Source: Octopus sinensis
Taxonomy: Eukaryota
NCBI RefSeq assembly: GCF_006345805.1
Contig: NC_042997.1
Coordinates: 128,278,001-128,342,000 of the forward strand
Direction: 5' to 3'
DNA length: 64,000 bases
Shown here: positions 34,832 through 47,135 of the stretch, one piece after another
Layout: each line of letters starts with the position of its first letter
Position numbering within the stretch: the first letter of the stretch is position 1
The notes under the pieces: model-generated
Database searches by the model: none
Told to the model about the DNA's origin: nothing
Seen by the model: only the letters and a program-made list of their open reading frames with translations
Made by a program: the position numbers and the translations under genes

Positions 34832-35666
34832 ATTGTTGTTGTTGTTTAACTCCAGCTCAAACTTCATTAAACAAACCTGGTCAATGACATTCTAGCCATG
34901 ATTATTCAGATATAGTGCAACCTGGACTGCACAATCCAGTGTGTTCTATTAAGATGGTAGGCTAGGATTGGCAACAAATAGGTAATTAACAAGAAATAAC
35001 CATTAGAACAAACAGCCTTCTATGCTCCGAGTTAAACTGCCACTGGTGGCTTGGGTAAATCACCTGACCATAGGACAACAATTGATTATGAAAGTTGCAT
35101 TGAGTAGAAGAGGATTGTGGCTGTGCTGTGTCATAGAGGTAAGTGGGGTGTAGAGTGTGGTGTTTGTTGGGCCCTTGCCAGTAATGTGGAAAGAATTAAT
35201 AATATTGGTTTTATAACACTCTATATGTCACCAACATTTTATTCTCAGTTGGATATCATTCACACTCCCCATTTCAGTTTCTGACCTTACTAATAATGTG
35301 AGACTTAGTGAATCTTCTAAGAAATCACTATTATGTTTAAACACTAAATAAAGATTGTGCTGTGAGGAAGAAGAAAAGTGTAACATTTAAGCAGAACTTT
35401 TTGTTAGAGAGAGAGAGAGAGAGATGAGATGCCTACTGTTACCAGTAAATATTTCATCAATAGCATTTATTCCTCTGTTTGAAATGTTTATGTTAACTAC
35501 TTGCTGATAGAGACTATCTCTATTTTTCTGGGATTCTGCTGTTTTATTGATATTATTATTTTTTTTTGTTTACAAAAGTGCAGCAAAGTGGGTACAGGAG
35601 ATGCAGTTACCTTCAGGTGTGTGTGAAAGTGCACAAAATTTCCACTTGCTTATTATGCACATAGTT

Positions 35667-35830
35667 GCAGGCATGGCTGTGTGGTAAAAAGTTTGCTTCT
35701 GAACTGCATCGCTTTTGGTTCAGTCCCACTATATGGCACCTTAGGCAAGTATCTTCTGCTGTAGCCTTGAACTGAGCAAAGCCTTGTGAGTGGATTTGTT
35801 TGATGGAAACTGAAAGAAGCCCATTCCATA
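35667..35830 (+). mobile_element. SINE family A, 5' half (3' half displaced to 36853-37010)
   Basis: Head 'gcaggcatggctgtgtggtaa...gatggaaactgaaagaagccc' runs into the internal microsatellite. The tail resumes after the Penelope insert. Confidence 0.8.
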
Positions 35831-35919
35831 TACATGTACATACATATGTATGCATGTATGTATCTATGTATGTACGTATATATGTATGTAAGTATATATA
35901 TGTATGTATTTGTGTGTGT

Positions 35920-36836
35920 TCGGCAATAACACCCTGGTCTCATGCCATTTCCGCTCTACCGGTCATTCTTTACAACAGTGTTCGGATTGTCCTTGCACAG
36001 ACTACCATCTTCGCCATGAACAGGAATTAATCTTCTCTCTATGCTCCTTTGCGCCACATGGGCTCATCTCTCCTCCCCTCTTCATCTAACCCCCTCCTCT
36101 CACACCTATTTCTTCCCTTCACTCCCACCTACCTCTTCTCTCTTCACTCCTACCCACCTTCTCCCTTCCACCCTCTCCCTTCATCGTCACCCCTTCATCG
36201 TCACCCCTTCATCGTTACCCAACCCCTACACATTCCCATCCCACTCCAACCCATCCCACACATTCCACTCACACATCCCTACCCTCACACCCATCTCCAT
36301 TTACCCTACATCACCCCAACCCACATTCACTCTTGCTTCCCCCACCCTTGCCTCCCCAACACCCCAACACCACCACACCACACACCACTACCACACTGCA
36401 CACCGCCATGCCACAACATGCCACATCACACCACACTGCACACACTAGCACTGATCACTTCCCAGCACCCACACACCTACACATGCACACACGCACACAT
36501 CAAGGTCACCAGCCCCTATCCACACGCACATACACGCTCTCACATACACACACGCACACCTTCATTTTGGTATCACCACTACTTTTTTATTATCTCCCCT
36601 TCTTCCTAGCTATCCTGTCTGACTACCTTTATCTGGTATTCGCCATGATTGATTGTTAGCCACTAAACCTTTTTTATCTTCTCTCTCTGCTTATTTCTGT
36701 ATTTCCTTTCTGTTGAAGAGCATAGGCTCAAAATGTAAAAGACTTTCTCACTTCCCAAGCGTTAAACTAATACACATGTTTGTTGTTTACATACCTGTCT
36801 TCGTCTTTTGTTTTATTTTTTTGTAAATTCCAACTA
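35920..36836 (+). mobile_element. Penelope-like element 3' end (end of GIY-YIG domain, C-rich 3' region)
   Basis: NTLVSCHFRSTGHS...RHEQELIFSLCSFAPHGL fits the PLE pattern HF...GH...EQ.LIF.L....P.GLN. It also has a degenerate ribozyme-like stem 'gttgaagagcataggctcaaaa' and ends in TA. Confidence 0.78.
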
Positions 36837-36852
36837 CATATATATAGAGAGA

Positions 36853-37010
36853 TTTGTGTTTGTCTCCCAAACCAGTGCCAGTAATTCAGTGGTTTGACAA
36901 TTGACAAAAGGGCTAATAGAATAAGCACCAGATTTTAAAAACAAATCTTGTGGTTGATTTTGAGGTGTTGCACCAGTATAGCTATAGTCCAATGACTGAA
37001 ACAAGTGGAA
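36853..37010 (+). mobile_element. SINE family A, 3' half
   Basis: 'tgtgtttgtctccc...atagaataagcacca...gtccaatgactgaaacaag'. Confidence 0.7.
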
Positions 37011-37659
37011 CATTAAAATTGCTTTAGACCCAAGACACTCTAACTAAGCAGCTATTTTATTTAAAGGTATTACAGCTGTGGTCATCCCATATTTTTAAGA
37101 TGGTAGGCCATAATTTGAGGGAAATTTAGTTGCTGCTATTTCTAGCAGTTTGGAGATCCTTATAGTGGGTCTCTTGCTGCCAGACATGTTTAGTAATTAA
37201 AGCAAGCATAAAGTCAATGAAATGGAGTTTATTGCCATGAGATCATTAAGTTTTAGAATTGAAACTGTAGTAGTTTTAGCAACACAATATTTTAAACATT
37301 TTGAGCAATTGTTTTGCACTTACAGGTTTAGAATATTAAACATAGATCTAATATCACCCTAGAGTCATAATATTGTTGTAAATTCTATTAATGTTTATTT
37401 AAAGAAAGTAATTTTTTTTCATATAAAACAAACACCTCTTGGGGATTTCTGAGAGCACTGAATTATTCAAATGAAAATTTATGTCAACCATTCTGGGTTT
37501 AACATTAAGGATCTTCTTTCATAAAGAAGGGATTTGTTTTCATCCCTTGTTAGTTCTGATGGTTTGCTCTGCTACATTAATATTTTATGAATGAACGAAA
37601 CCTATTGAGGGTTTGACAGATTAAACATCATCTATTTTCTCATGCTGGTATGCTTGGAC

Positions 37660-37981
37660 TTGCCGTTCCCAACCTATGGGTCAGGACACAAATTAAGTCA
37701 TGACATAATTCTTAAAAGGTTGCAAAAGCAATATTTTTTTAATTTTTGAAATATTTGATAAAAATCTAGTATTCATGAATATGTTAATAAGCCAAATATA
37801 AATGCTACACCACAACATTTACTATGAACAAAAACTGGGGAATATTTCCACGAGAAAAGTATCAAATGCTAATTATGTTAAGGTTTTGGAAAATTATCTC
37901 TATTGTTTTTATTTAAATATTTAAAAAAAAGGTGTTGATTTTTCACAATAGCTTATGATACTAAGAGGTTGGGAAACACTG
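37660..37981. mobile_element. hAT-type MITE
   Basis: Right TIR aggttgggaaacactg and left 'ttcccaacct' (10-nt match). Flanking 8-mers gcttggac and gtttagac match 6/8, consistent with an 8-bp TSD. Confidence 0.65.
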
Positions 37982-38239
37982 GTTTAGACAGATGTGATGT
38001 AATGTATACATTTCACAATCCTTGGTCTTATATCTAAGTTTCAATGCCTTGAGAGCTAGTTATCCCTTGCCTGCTAGTTATCTCTTGATTAGATTCCCAC
38101 CCACTCTCAGTGTGCAAATTAACTTTTAGAAATTTATTCTTAATTTCTTGAAATTTTCCCTCCTTTCTTTGAGAGTCACTAATAATTGCAGCTAAGTTTT
38201 TTTTTTCTTCTACCTATCAAATTTAGTGTGTCATTCCTC

Positions 38240-38625
38240 AATTTTCTATCTTGAAAACTAACTGTACTATCACTTCCTCAGTTTTCTTCTATCATGTTCC
38301 TTCCACTATCAACTTACAGTACTTTTCACCTAGCATTTGTCTATGCATATCACCATACCAACACAGTCCTGCTCTCTCAGTTTGCCTGAACTCTGTCTCT
38401 CATACAGATTAATATTACATAACTGATGAGATTATATTCATCTCATTTCTCTAGCATCTGTAGATTTTCTATATTTAATGCTTATGTTTTGCAACCAAAC
38501 AGCATCATACATCTTACACAAGCTTCATACAGTCTGCCTTTCACAAAACAAGAGAAGCGTTGTGTTATCAACAGATGTAACAACTTCCTGAACATCTTCC
38601 CATTTCTTATCCAGTTACTGCACTG
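38240..38625 (-). mobile_element. Old RTE LINE fragment
   Basis: Minus strand KMFRKLLHLL...VKGRLYEACVR.MMLFGCKT*A aligns with the 20817 RTE peptide and has many stops. Confidence 0.7.
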
Positions 38626-38859
38626 ATCACTGAAATCATTTCTAGTACTAATTAGATTTCATTGAGTTAACAGAAATGAAAAGCCATATCTTGTGACAGT
38701 CTGAGTAATTCATGGATCCCTAGAACTAGCAATTCTAGTGATACAGGTGTAGCTATAGCCATTAAACATTGACTTATCATATCTATTTCTCTACTATTTT
38801 GTTATTTCAACCACAAAAGATGTTTGGAAAATCCATTTTAATGAGTACTTCCAGACTAT

Positions 38860-39040
38860 TCATCATCATCATTTAATGCCCCTTTTACCATGCTAGCATG
38901 GGTAAGATGGTTCAACAAGAACCCACAAACCAGAGGGTTGTGCTGAGCTCCAATATTTGCTTTGACATAATTTCTACTGCTGGATGCTCTTACTAATACC
39001 AATCACTTTACAGAGAGTACTGGATGCATTTTTCATGGCA
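38860..39040 (-). mobile_element. SINE family C
   Basis: (CAT)n 'ttaatgcc...catgctagcatggg...tttctactgctggatgctctt'. Confidence 0.75.
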
Positions 39041-39339
39041 TCAGACTAATAAATAGATAAGTTTCTTATGCTTTTGTTGTTGTTATTCTGTGAGCTGAAA
39101 TCATTATGTAGTCCCAGCTCAACTCTGATTGAGTAGTCTCATGATTGGAAGTATTCCAGCCAAGACCATCCTATCATATCTAGGACTATATTTCCTATTG
39201 AATTTTTTTCTTAAGACACTAGAATGGGATTTGAGGAACATTTGGCTGCTATTTCTAACAAGTTAAGAGACCGCATTAAGGCTCCCTGTTTTATCATCTA
39301 GTGTTTCTGTTTTTAATATTTTCTGTTAAGAGCAGTGGG

Positions 39340-39570
39340 TTAGCGAAATCAGTAGAACATTGGAGAAAATAACTTGTAACAATCTTCTACATTCTACATT
39401 CAACTTCCAATAATGAATTAGCAAGAGTTCAAACTGTGCTGAGGTCATCTTTGTTCCACACCCTTACAATGTCAATAAATTTAGTAACAGTTAATGTATT
39501 GGGGTTGGTTTAATTCCTAACTTAGGTGCAAGGCTTCAAATTTGGTTTGATGTGCCTAAGTTAGAAATCA
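39340..39570 (+). mobile_element. SINE family B, degenerate
   Basis: 'gagttcaaactgtgctgaggtcatctttg...gtcaataaatttagtaacag'. Confidence 0.6.
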
Positions 39571-41424
39571 ACTTTATTAGAAATTACTGCAACAAAGAAA
39601 AAAAGAAACATAAATATTAAATTTAAAGGGAAGATTCACTAGTCAGAAAGAGAAAGTGAAGAAAGCAGACAAAGGTGAGATAGAGGGGTGGTGGGTGATG
39701 AGAGATATGAGGTTGAATGGACGTTGATCTATAAACAGACTTGCACTTGAAAATACAACCTACATATTTTGGTAAACAAAGGGGAAAGTAGTAGGGTCGA
39801 TTTAATTGACAAAAGCCATTTGAGTTGTGCATATGTCAGAAATGAATACTTTCTGTTCTTAGAATTTCATCCACTCTGTACACAATATGACTGTAGTAGT
39901 ACGAAGATCAAAGAAGTCTTTTAGTAAAGTAGTTAGATAAGATTTTGAATGTCAATCTCTAAGAGAGAACTAGACAGAAACGAAATTCTCTCAAAGAAAT
40001 TCTACAGATCTGTCCAACCCATCCAATAAACTGATAGTGATATTACTGATGTTTTTGAAATATTTTGTTTTGGTGTACCTACAGGGAATCATACTGTTAT
40101 ATATATTTCCATACACATATTAGGTATAAGGGAAAAAAATTATTTTTTATTTGTGCATCAACAAAGAGTAAAGTTTCTAGTTCACCCAGTACGCATCATA
40201 TACAATCAGCTAATTATTAATATATGTAATAATCCACATTGCATTTTTCATTTGCTACAAGTATTTATGTTGCATGCAAGAAATAGTTTGTGCTTGTCAT
40301 GTTCTTCATTTAAGGAAATTGATTTTTCAAATTCTTTTCAGAATTCTTAGCCGCAAGAAGTCAATTTTGCAAACATATTACTATTATTTAAAGTGAAATA
40401 TTCTATATGATGTTTGATATTTATCATTTCTTTATATATATATTTATTCTGCTAAACTCTAAAGCTAGTAGACTTTCGTGCAACTGATAATTTTATGGAA
40501 CACATTTTTATCAGCTAATCAGCTACAGATTCATTATATCAATCATATAGTTTAATAGGGACAGAAATGACTTCAGTCAGCCTCCAGCATCCAGCACTAT
40601 GTATCTGAAATATTTGTTTATGGCAATTACTGAAGACTTGTTATGAAAGTTAACTTCTCTCACAAATTTTGTTTGCATGAATAAGAAAATAATTTCTATT
40701 CAAATTTCTTTGAGAGATTATCATAGTTTTGACACGTTTCAATTTTATAGTCTTCAGTATACAATGACTTATTTTATTAAGTTAATTTCTGTTTTAGAAA
40801 TTAAGTAGCTTAAAAATTGTATTATTATTTAAGCTTTAACCTTCGCATCACAATAGTTTGTAGCATTCAAAATAATGGATATTTTAAAAATTGTTTTGCT
40901 TTATCTTTTGGCACAGGCTTGGCCTGTATGTTCGAGATTTTTATTTTCCACTTACATAGTTCTGGGTTCAATCCTACTGTGCTGCAGCTTGGACAGGTGT
41001 TTATTTATCTATTTATATATTGTTTGTTTGTTTTTCTTTTTCTACCAAATCTCATTTGGTAGAAAAGTTTTTAATTCCTTTTCCTGTTTTAAAAGTGAAT
41101 TAAAAACTTACCATTGAAATTTCACATCAGTTATATTCTAAACACTTGCTTAATAACAACAAATATATTTTACTAAATTTCTTATTAATTTCAAATTGGT
41201 TGAAACAAAGGCTGAGTATTTCAACAGAAATATGGTAACAGAAGTGTTAACGTTACCTTTAGAAGTATCCATTCTGTTGCAAGCATTTTGGGACAGGCTT
41301 CTAATTTTAGGATGACTTGTTCTCTTTCTCATACTGGTATGGAAAGAAGCATAAGTACTTGTTTTTGTGTAAGGTGTTATCAAAACAAGAAAACCAAAAA
41401 ACAAAAGAAAACTCAATGTAACCT

Positions 41425-41660
41425 CATCATCGTTATTTACTGTCTGTCCTCCATGCTGGCAGGAGTTGGACAGATTGACAGGAGCTAGCAAGCCGGAGAG
41501 CTGCACCAGGCTCCATTGTCTACTTTGGCATGGTTTCTACAGCTGGATGCCCTTCCTAACACTAACCACTTTACAGAGTGTACTGGGTGCCTTTTATGTG
41601 GCACCAGCAATGGTGCTTTTTGCATGGCACCAACTCCAGCAGGGTCGCTAAGTTGCTTGC
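41425..41660 (-). mobile_element. SINE family C with purine-rich extension to about 41850
   Basis: 'ttctacagctggatgcccttcctaacactaaccac...ttttatgtggcacc'. Confidence 0.8.
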
Positions 41661-42409
41661 AAAACAAAGACCTCTCTGCTGGGAGAGGGAAGGGAACTGT
41701 AGGGAATGGCTTTGTGTCAGGTGAGAGGTTAGAGAATAATAGAGGGATAAATGAAGATAAGTGTTTTAATCTAGAGGAGACAGTAGGAAAATAGAGGAGA
41801 GGAAGGAGAGAAAGCTAGAGAAATAGTCTTGTGAGAGAAAAAGAGAGAAATAAATGGTGTCAAGACCTATCTTCAGGCTGCACTAGGGCAGAGTATAAGT
41901 GGTTAAGTGTGGATAGAGGAGGATGCTCCATCAATGGATAATTAGTGATACAAAGGCTAAACCTTGTCCATTATTTTATTTTCTGAAACCACATAAATAC
42001 CAAATGTAAAACTTTAAATGTAATTTCATACTTAGTTTTCTAACTTTATTCTGTGTAAGCTGTATATAGTCATGTTACAGGTATCTAGTGCTGATTGTTC
42101 TAATTATTTCCTTTTCTCATAGAAAATTATGCCATAATTATGACATTCTTCTCAGCAAGATGTCATTTGACTCACATTGTCTACTATAATAGTTTCCTTA
42201 ATTAGACAGATTGATTACTGATTTTATTATTTCCTGATTTCTTGTTGATATTGTGAATCAGTGGAGCATGCTAATTTTACATTGAAATAAAAGGTTGTTC
42301 AGCAATTGAACACTCTTGTCAGATTATATATACATTATAGATTGGTTCCCAATAAAAATGTTTTAATTTTCCATCTAAAAATAATGGCTATGGCTCATTT
42401 ATAGGAAAG

Positions 42410-42905
42410 GAAACTTGTTGCTAACTGCTGTTTGTGGGAGGAGGTGTGTAATAGGGAAGTATTTTAAGAGACTTGTTGCTACTAACTGCTATGAAAGTGA
42501 AGTGGAAATGAAATATTACAGGAGATTTCTATCTTCTGCATGAGAGAAGTGTGGTAGAAGTATTTTAGAAGACTTGTTGCAAACCTCTCTATGAAGAAGG
42601 TGTGGCCACAGTGTTTCAAGAGACTTGTTGCTAACCACTGCATAAGAGAGGAGGTGTATAGTAGAGAAGAGTTTTAGGGGTCTTGTTGCTAACTTTTGTA
42701 AGAAGACTCTCTGGTAGCAGTGTCTCAAGAGACTTGTTGCTATCTTTTGCAAGAGGGAGGAGGTGCATTGCAGAAAAGTATTATAGGAGACATGTTGCTA
42801 ATTTCTCCAAGAGGGAGATATGACACAAGTATTTCAGAAGACTTGTAGCTAGTTTCTGTAAGAGGGAAGTATGATACATTTATTTCTGGAAATTTGTTGC
42901 CGACT
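42410..42905. repeat. Degenerate ~50-60 bp minisatellite anchored on 'gacttgttgcta'
   Basis: About nine or ten recurrences of '(a/g)gacttgttgc(t)a' with semi-conserved linkers. Confidence 0.85.
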
Positions 42906-43124
42906 GCTACAACAAAGACATCTAACAGAAACATTTGAGACTTCTGTAGGCCATGAAACTGTTTTGGCAAAAGGAGGAAGTCCTTGTTACTGATTCTTTA
43001 TGGCAGAAGTGTTAGATAATTGTACAAAATGTTTTATAGTATTTATTCCAGCTTTTTACAATTTATGTTCAAATCCAGCCAAAGCCTTTCATCCACCTGG
43101 GTCGATAAATAAAGCAACACTCTA

Positions 43125-43300
43125 AGGCAGTGGACTGGCAAAATTGTTAGAATATCTAATGGGTTTCCTTGCAATATTTGTTGCAGTTATTTGCATTCTG
43201 AGTTCAAATCCTAGCTTAACTTCCTTAGGTAGAAAACTTAATTTATGTTACAAGCAATCGGATCAAGTTTCCAGCTGGGGATTACCTTCTCTGTGTGTGT
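43125..43300 (+). mobile_element. SINE family B
   Basis: 'ggcagtggactggcaaaattgttagaa...ttctgagttcaaatcc'. Confidence 0.65.
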
Positions 43301-43323
43301 GTGTCTCTGTCTGTCTGTCTGTC

Positions 43324-43398
<75 letters not shown>

Positions 43399-43501
43399 GT
43401 CTTAGAGGCCCTGCAAGGACCATGAACATTACCCTTCCTTCTTGATAAAAAAAATCAACAACAAAGAACCTAAACAAAAACAAAACAAAACTTTCATAAA
43501 T

Positions 43502-43550
<49 letters not shown>

Positions 43551-43552
<2 letters not shown>

Positions 43553-44439
43553 CCGAAATTACTACGATGATCCGGTTCTGACTGAAGACTGAGGGGTTCG
43601 AATGTCCTGTCCATGTTTATTGTATCGTCTTCTATGAGTTATAGTTCTTGTCCATGTTGTATTTTCTACATACCTTAACATATATTCCAGGCGCCCCGTA
43701 CCCCTTTATCATTAATGTGAACACAATTCTTAATAATTGGTACGACTCTCTGTTTGTCTCTCTCTCTCTTCATTTTTACTTTCTCTCTATTCATCTTCTC
43801 TTTCCTCTGATCTTTGGTCTAGTCTTCCACTACCCTCCTATTGCTTTGTCTCGCTCTGCACTCACAGGTCATTCTTCGACACCCATCCTCTCTCTCTGAT
43901 TCCTTCTTTCTCTCTCTTCTCTCTCTTTGTTGCGTTTTGTCCCCCTTTTCTCTCTCTCTCTCTTCTTGCTTCTCTCTCTTCTTTTCCCTCTTCTCTGTCA
44001 CGTGATGTGGCCGAAATCTGCCTTTCAGCTCCTGACCCTCGTCGTGTTAAACGCGTTTTCTTCGTCCGCCGCTATAAAGGCTTTTTCCAATGCGCCAGAG
44101 AAAAAATTTGTTTGCTTTTATCAGTCGTAGACACTTGTTGTTTTCACCGTTAATGCTTCTGTATTTCATGTTTCTGTATTCCATTATTGTTTTTTGTTTT
44201 TTATTCTGTCCCTTTTGCTGTCCTGTGTCGTATGCATTCGATCCTCTTCCAGGAAATCACGCTTCCAGTAGTTTTTCTTGGAGGGCTGGCCGTGATCTAG
44301 TCTCAAGATAATCAGCCGAAATTACTACGATGATCCGGTTTGACTGAAGACTGAGGTGTTCGAATGTCCTGTCCATTTATTGTATCGTCTTCTATGAGTT
44401 ATACGTTCTTGTCCATGTTGTATTTTCTACATACCTTAA
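43551..44439 (+). mobile_element. Element with ~128 bp terminal direct repeats inserted in (TA)n: Penelope-type partial tandem or TRIM-like
   Basis: Repeats 43551-43679 and 44314-44439 differ by one substitution and three small indels. The CpG-rich interior has a CT tract and a TATAAA. Both flanks are (TA)n. Confidence 0.65.
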
Positions 44440-44474
44440 TATATAATATATATATATATATAATATATATACAG

Positions 44475-44855
44475 GTGCAGGTATAGCTGTATGGTTCAGA
44501 AATTTACTTTGCAATCACATGCTTTTGGGTTCAGTTCCACGGTGCAGCTCCTTGGACAAGTGCTTTTTACTATAGCCCCAGGTCAACCCATACCTTGTGA
44601 GTGAATTTGGTAAATGGATCCTGTGTGTAAGCCTATCGTGTGTGTGTTGTGTGTGTATCTTTCTGTATATCCCTCCACAGCTTCACAACTAGTGTTGGTT
44701 TGTTTGTCATTGTAACTTAGTGACCAGACAAAAGGTACAGATAGAATACGTACCAGACTTTGAAAACTAAGTATTGGTGTTGATTTGTTTGTCTAAATCC
44801 TTTGTACTCCATCATGGTCACAGTCCAATAACTGAAACAAGTAAAATATGAAAGA
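44475..44855 (+). mobile_element. SINE family A
   Basis: Head 'gcaggtatagctgtatggttcag...ggttcagttcc' through tail 'actgaaacaagtaaaa'. Confidence 0.8.
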
Positions 44856-45069
44856 TGTTTGGAATGTTATTAGTTTGGAGATTAAGAGATGCCAGATTAA
44901 CCATTCTGTTTAAAAGCTGCCTTTATTTCAATTTACTTTGCAAATAATAAAGTATGTAGTGGAATAAATGTCCTTATTAAAGTTTGCGTTTGGAACATAA
45001 CATGTATGGAAAGTTTTAATATGGATTAGTTTAAACACAAAAGGTGTATCATAGAACTAAGGGTGTTCT

Positions 45070-45455
45070 TTACTCTTTTACTTGTTTCAGTCATTTGACT
45101 GCAGCCATGCTGGAGCACCACCATTAGTCAAGCAAATCGATCCCAGGACTTATTCTTTGTAAGCCTGGTACATATTCTATTGGTCTCTTTGCCGAACCGC
45201 TAAGTTACAGGGACGCAAACACACCACCATCGGTTGTCAAGTGATGTTGTGGGGGGGGGGGACACACATACACATATGTATACATATATATGACAGGCTT
45301 CTTTCAGTTTCCGTCTACCAAATCCACTCACAAAGCTTTGGTCAGCCCGAGGCCATAGTAGAAGACACTTGCCTAAGGTGCCACACAGTGGGAATGAACC
45401 TGGAACCATGTAGTTGGTAAGCAAGCTACTTACCACACTGCCACTCCTGCACCTA
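45070..45455 (-). mobile_element. SINE family A, well preserved
   Basis: 'cttgtttcagtcatttgactgcagccatgctggagcacc...ctttcagtttccgtctaccaaatccactcacaaagc...ccacactgccactcctgc'. Confidence 0.92.
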
Positions 45456-46399
45456 TTTCAATTTAGTTTGAAGTAATAGAGCAATCACAGGTGGATTTGT
45501 ATTAAAAGGGTTAAAAGTTCATGTGTACAAGTTGTAAAATGCATTTAAGCTTTTTATTACATTCAACTTGATAAATAGGTACCAGTTATGGACTGACTAT
45601 AAAAATGATTTTCTTTAATCTAACATCATTTATTTGACTATTACATTAATAAATAAATATTAAATTTCAGTTGAATAGTTGAGTATTTTTGAAGCACAGC
45701 TACAATATTTTAGGAATTTGATGAATTTTATCAAAATGTTACACTTGCATATTTTATCTGAAAATCTATGAAATTTAAAAATGAACGAAAGGAAATAACC
45801 TTTCCCTCTCATTCTTCCTTTTTATCCCCTCTCTCTCCCTCCCTCTTCTCTCGTTCTTCTCAACCCCCTCTGAATTTTGTAATATAAAGTTTATATAGCT
45901 ACATAACGTTAAACCCGCTTTATTTACTGAATTTTTGAATTTTCAGTGAGATAACATTTAAAATGAAAATATTTAGGTAGATTATGTGAAAAAAAAAAAG
46001 ATCAAGCTTACTCCTTACTTATCAAAGAATTCTATCAGCTGTTTCAGTGCAAAGGACACCTTATAATATATTTCTTTTTGACAAGTGTCAACTTATTTTG
46101 TTTGTACATAGTTTGGAATTAATAAACAACTTTATAAATCATTGCCACTAGCTGTGTGTGTGTGTGTATAGGTGGGGTTGTATGTGTATAGCATTAACAA
46201 AATCAAAGATACTAGATCATATTACTGCTTTCAGATATTCTTAGGGCAAACTTCAATTTCACTTTTGATTATATGTTTGAATGTTTACTTAGATAGCTAG
46301 CTAGATAGATGTAAATACACATACATACGTACTTATATAATCAAAAATCAAACGCAAACCAAGATCGAAATCAAAATGGAAATTGTAGTTTTGGCTGTT

Positions 46400-46688
46400 T
46401 ACATTGGGCAGATGGCTGATTCATTTAAGAATTGTTATCACAACCATGTTGCTAGTTTCAAGAGAACTAATAAGAGACATTCAACATCTTTGGTTGATTT
46501 TCTATGGCAACTGAAGGAAGATAAAATTAAGTACAACATAACTTGGTCCATAGTAAGGCATGCAAAGCCATACAATATAATTTCCAGGAAATGCAGACTC
46601 TGCACTGAGGAATCCCTGTCTATTCTGAAGACCAATGAGAAGATCATTAATAGAATTTCTGAAAGACTCTCAATATACCTACACTCAT
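46400..46688 (+). mobile_element. Penelope-like GIY-YIG endonuclease fragment (type with CxxC in the C-terminal half)
   Basis: Open frame [21 protein letters not shown]...[11 protein letters not shown]...ITWSIV...KPY...CRLCTEE...INRISE. It is truncated just before YIG and runs into a microsatellite. Confidence 0.85.
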
Positions 46689-47010
46689 ATACATATATAT
46701 ATATATGCACATATATACATACATATGTATATATGTATATACATATATATATACATATATATATGTATATACATATATATATGTATATACATATATATAT
46801 ATACATATATATATATGTATATATGTATATATATATACATAAATATATATATGTATATACGTATATATATATACATATATATATATACATATATATATGT
46901 ATATACATATATATATGTATATACATATATGTATATACATATATATATGTATATACATATATATGTATATACATATATATATGTATATACATATATATAT
47001 ATGTATATAC

Positions 47011-47077
<67 letters not shown>

Positions 47078-47101
47078 CATATATATATGTACATATATAT
47101 G

Positions 47102-47134
<33 letters not shown>

Positions 47135-47135
47135 A
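46689..47135. repeat. ~450 bp compound TA/TACA/TGTA microsatellite
   Basis: Seen directly. It is the source of the long YI/IC-repeat ORFs. Confidence 0.97.

Noticed and set aside
35007-35138. 132-nt open segment ending in GAG|gtaagt
   Set aside because: The acceptor lacks a pyrimidine tract and the peptide is unrecognised. Expected by chance.
36041-36659. His/Pro/Thr-rich ORFs up to 186 aa
   Set aside because: Low-complexity C-rich 3' region of the Penelope-like element.
36705-36745. Hammerhead-like motif ctgttgaagagcataggctcaaaa
   Set aside because: Catalytic A6 and G12 are substituted and no convincing stems I/III form. At most a dead relic.
40725-40762. Minus-strand CTGAAGA...GAAACGTGTC hammerhead-like core
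   Set aside because: Stem II and stem I do not pair.
42076-42086. Match to the 3' end of miR-993 (tacaggtatct)
   Set aside because: The seed region does not match and there is no hairpin.
42410-42905. CRISPR-like repeat/spacer appearance
   Set aside because: The anchor is only 12 nt and imperfect, the linkers resemble each other, there are no cas genes and the context is eukaryotic.
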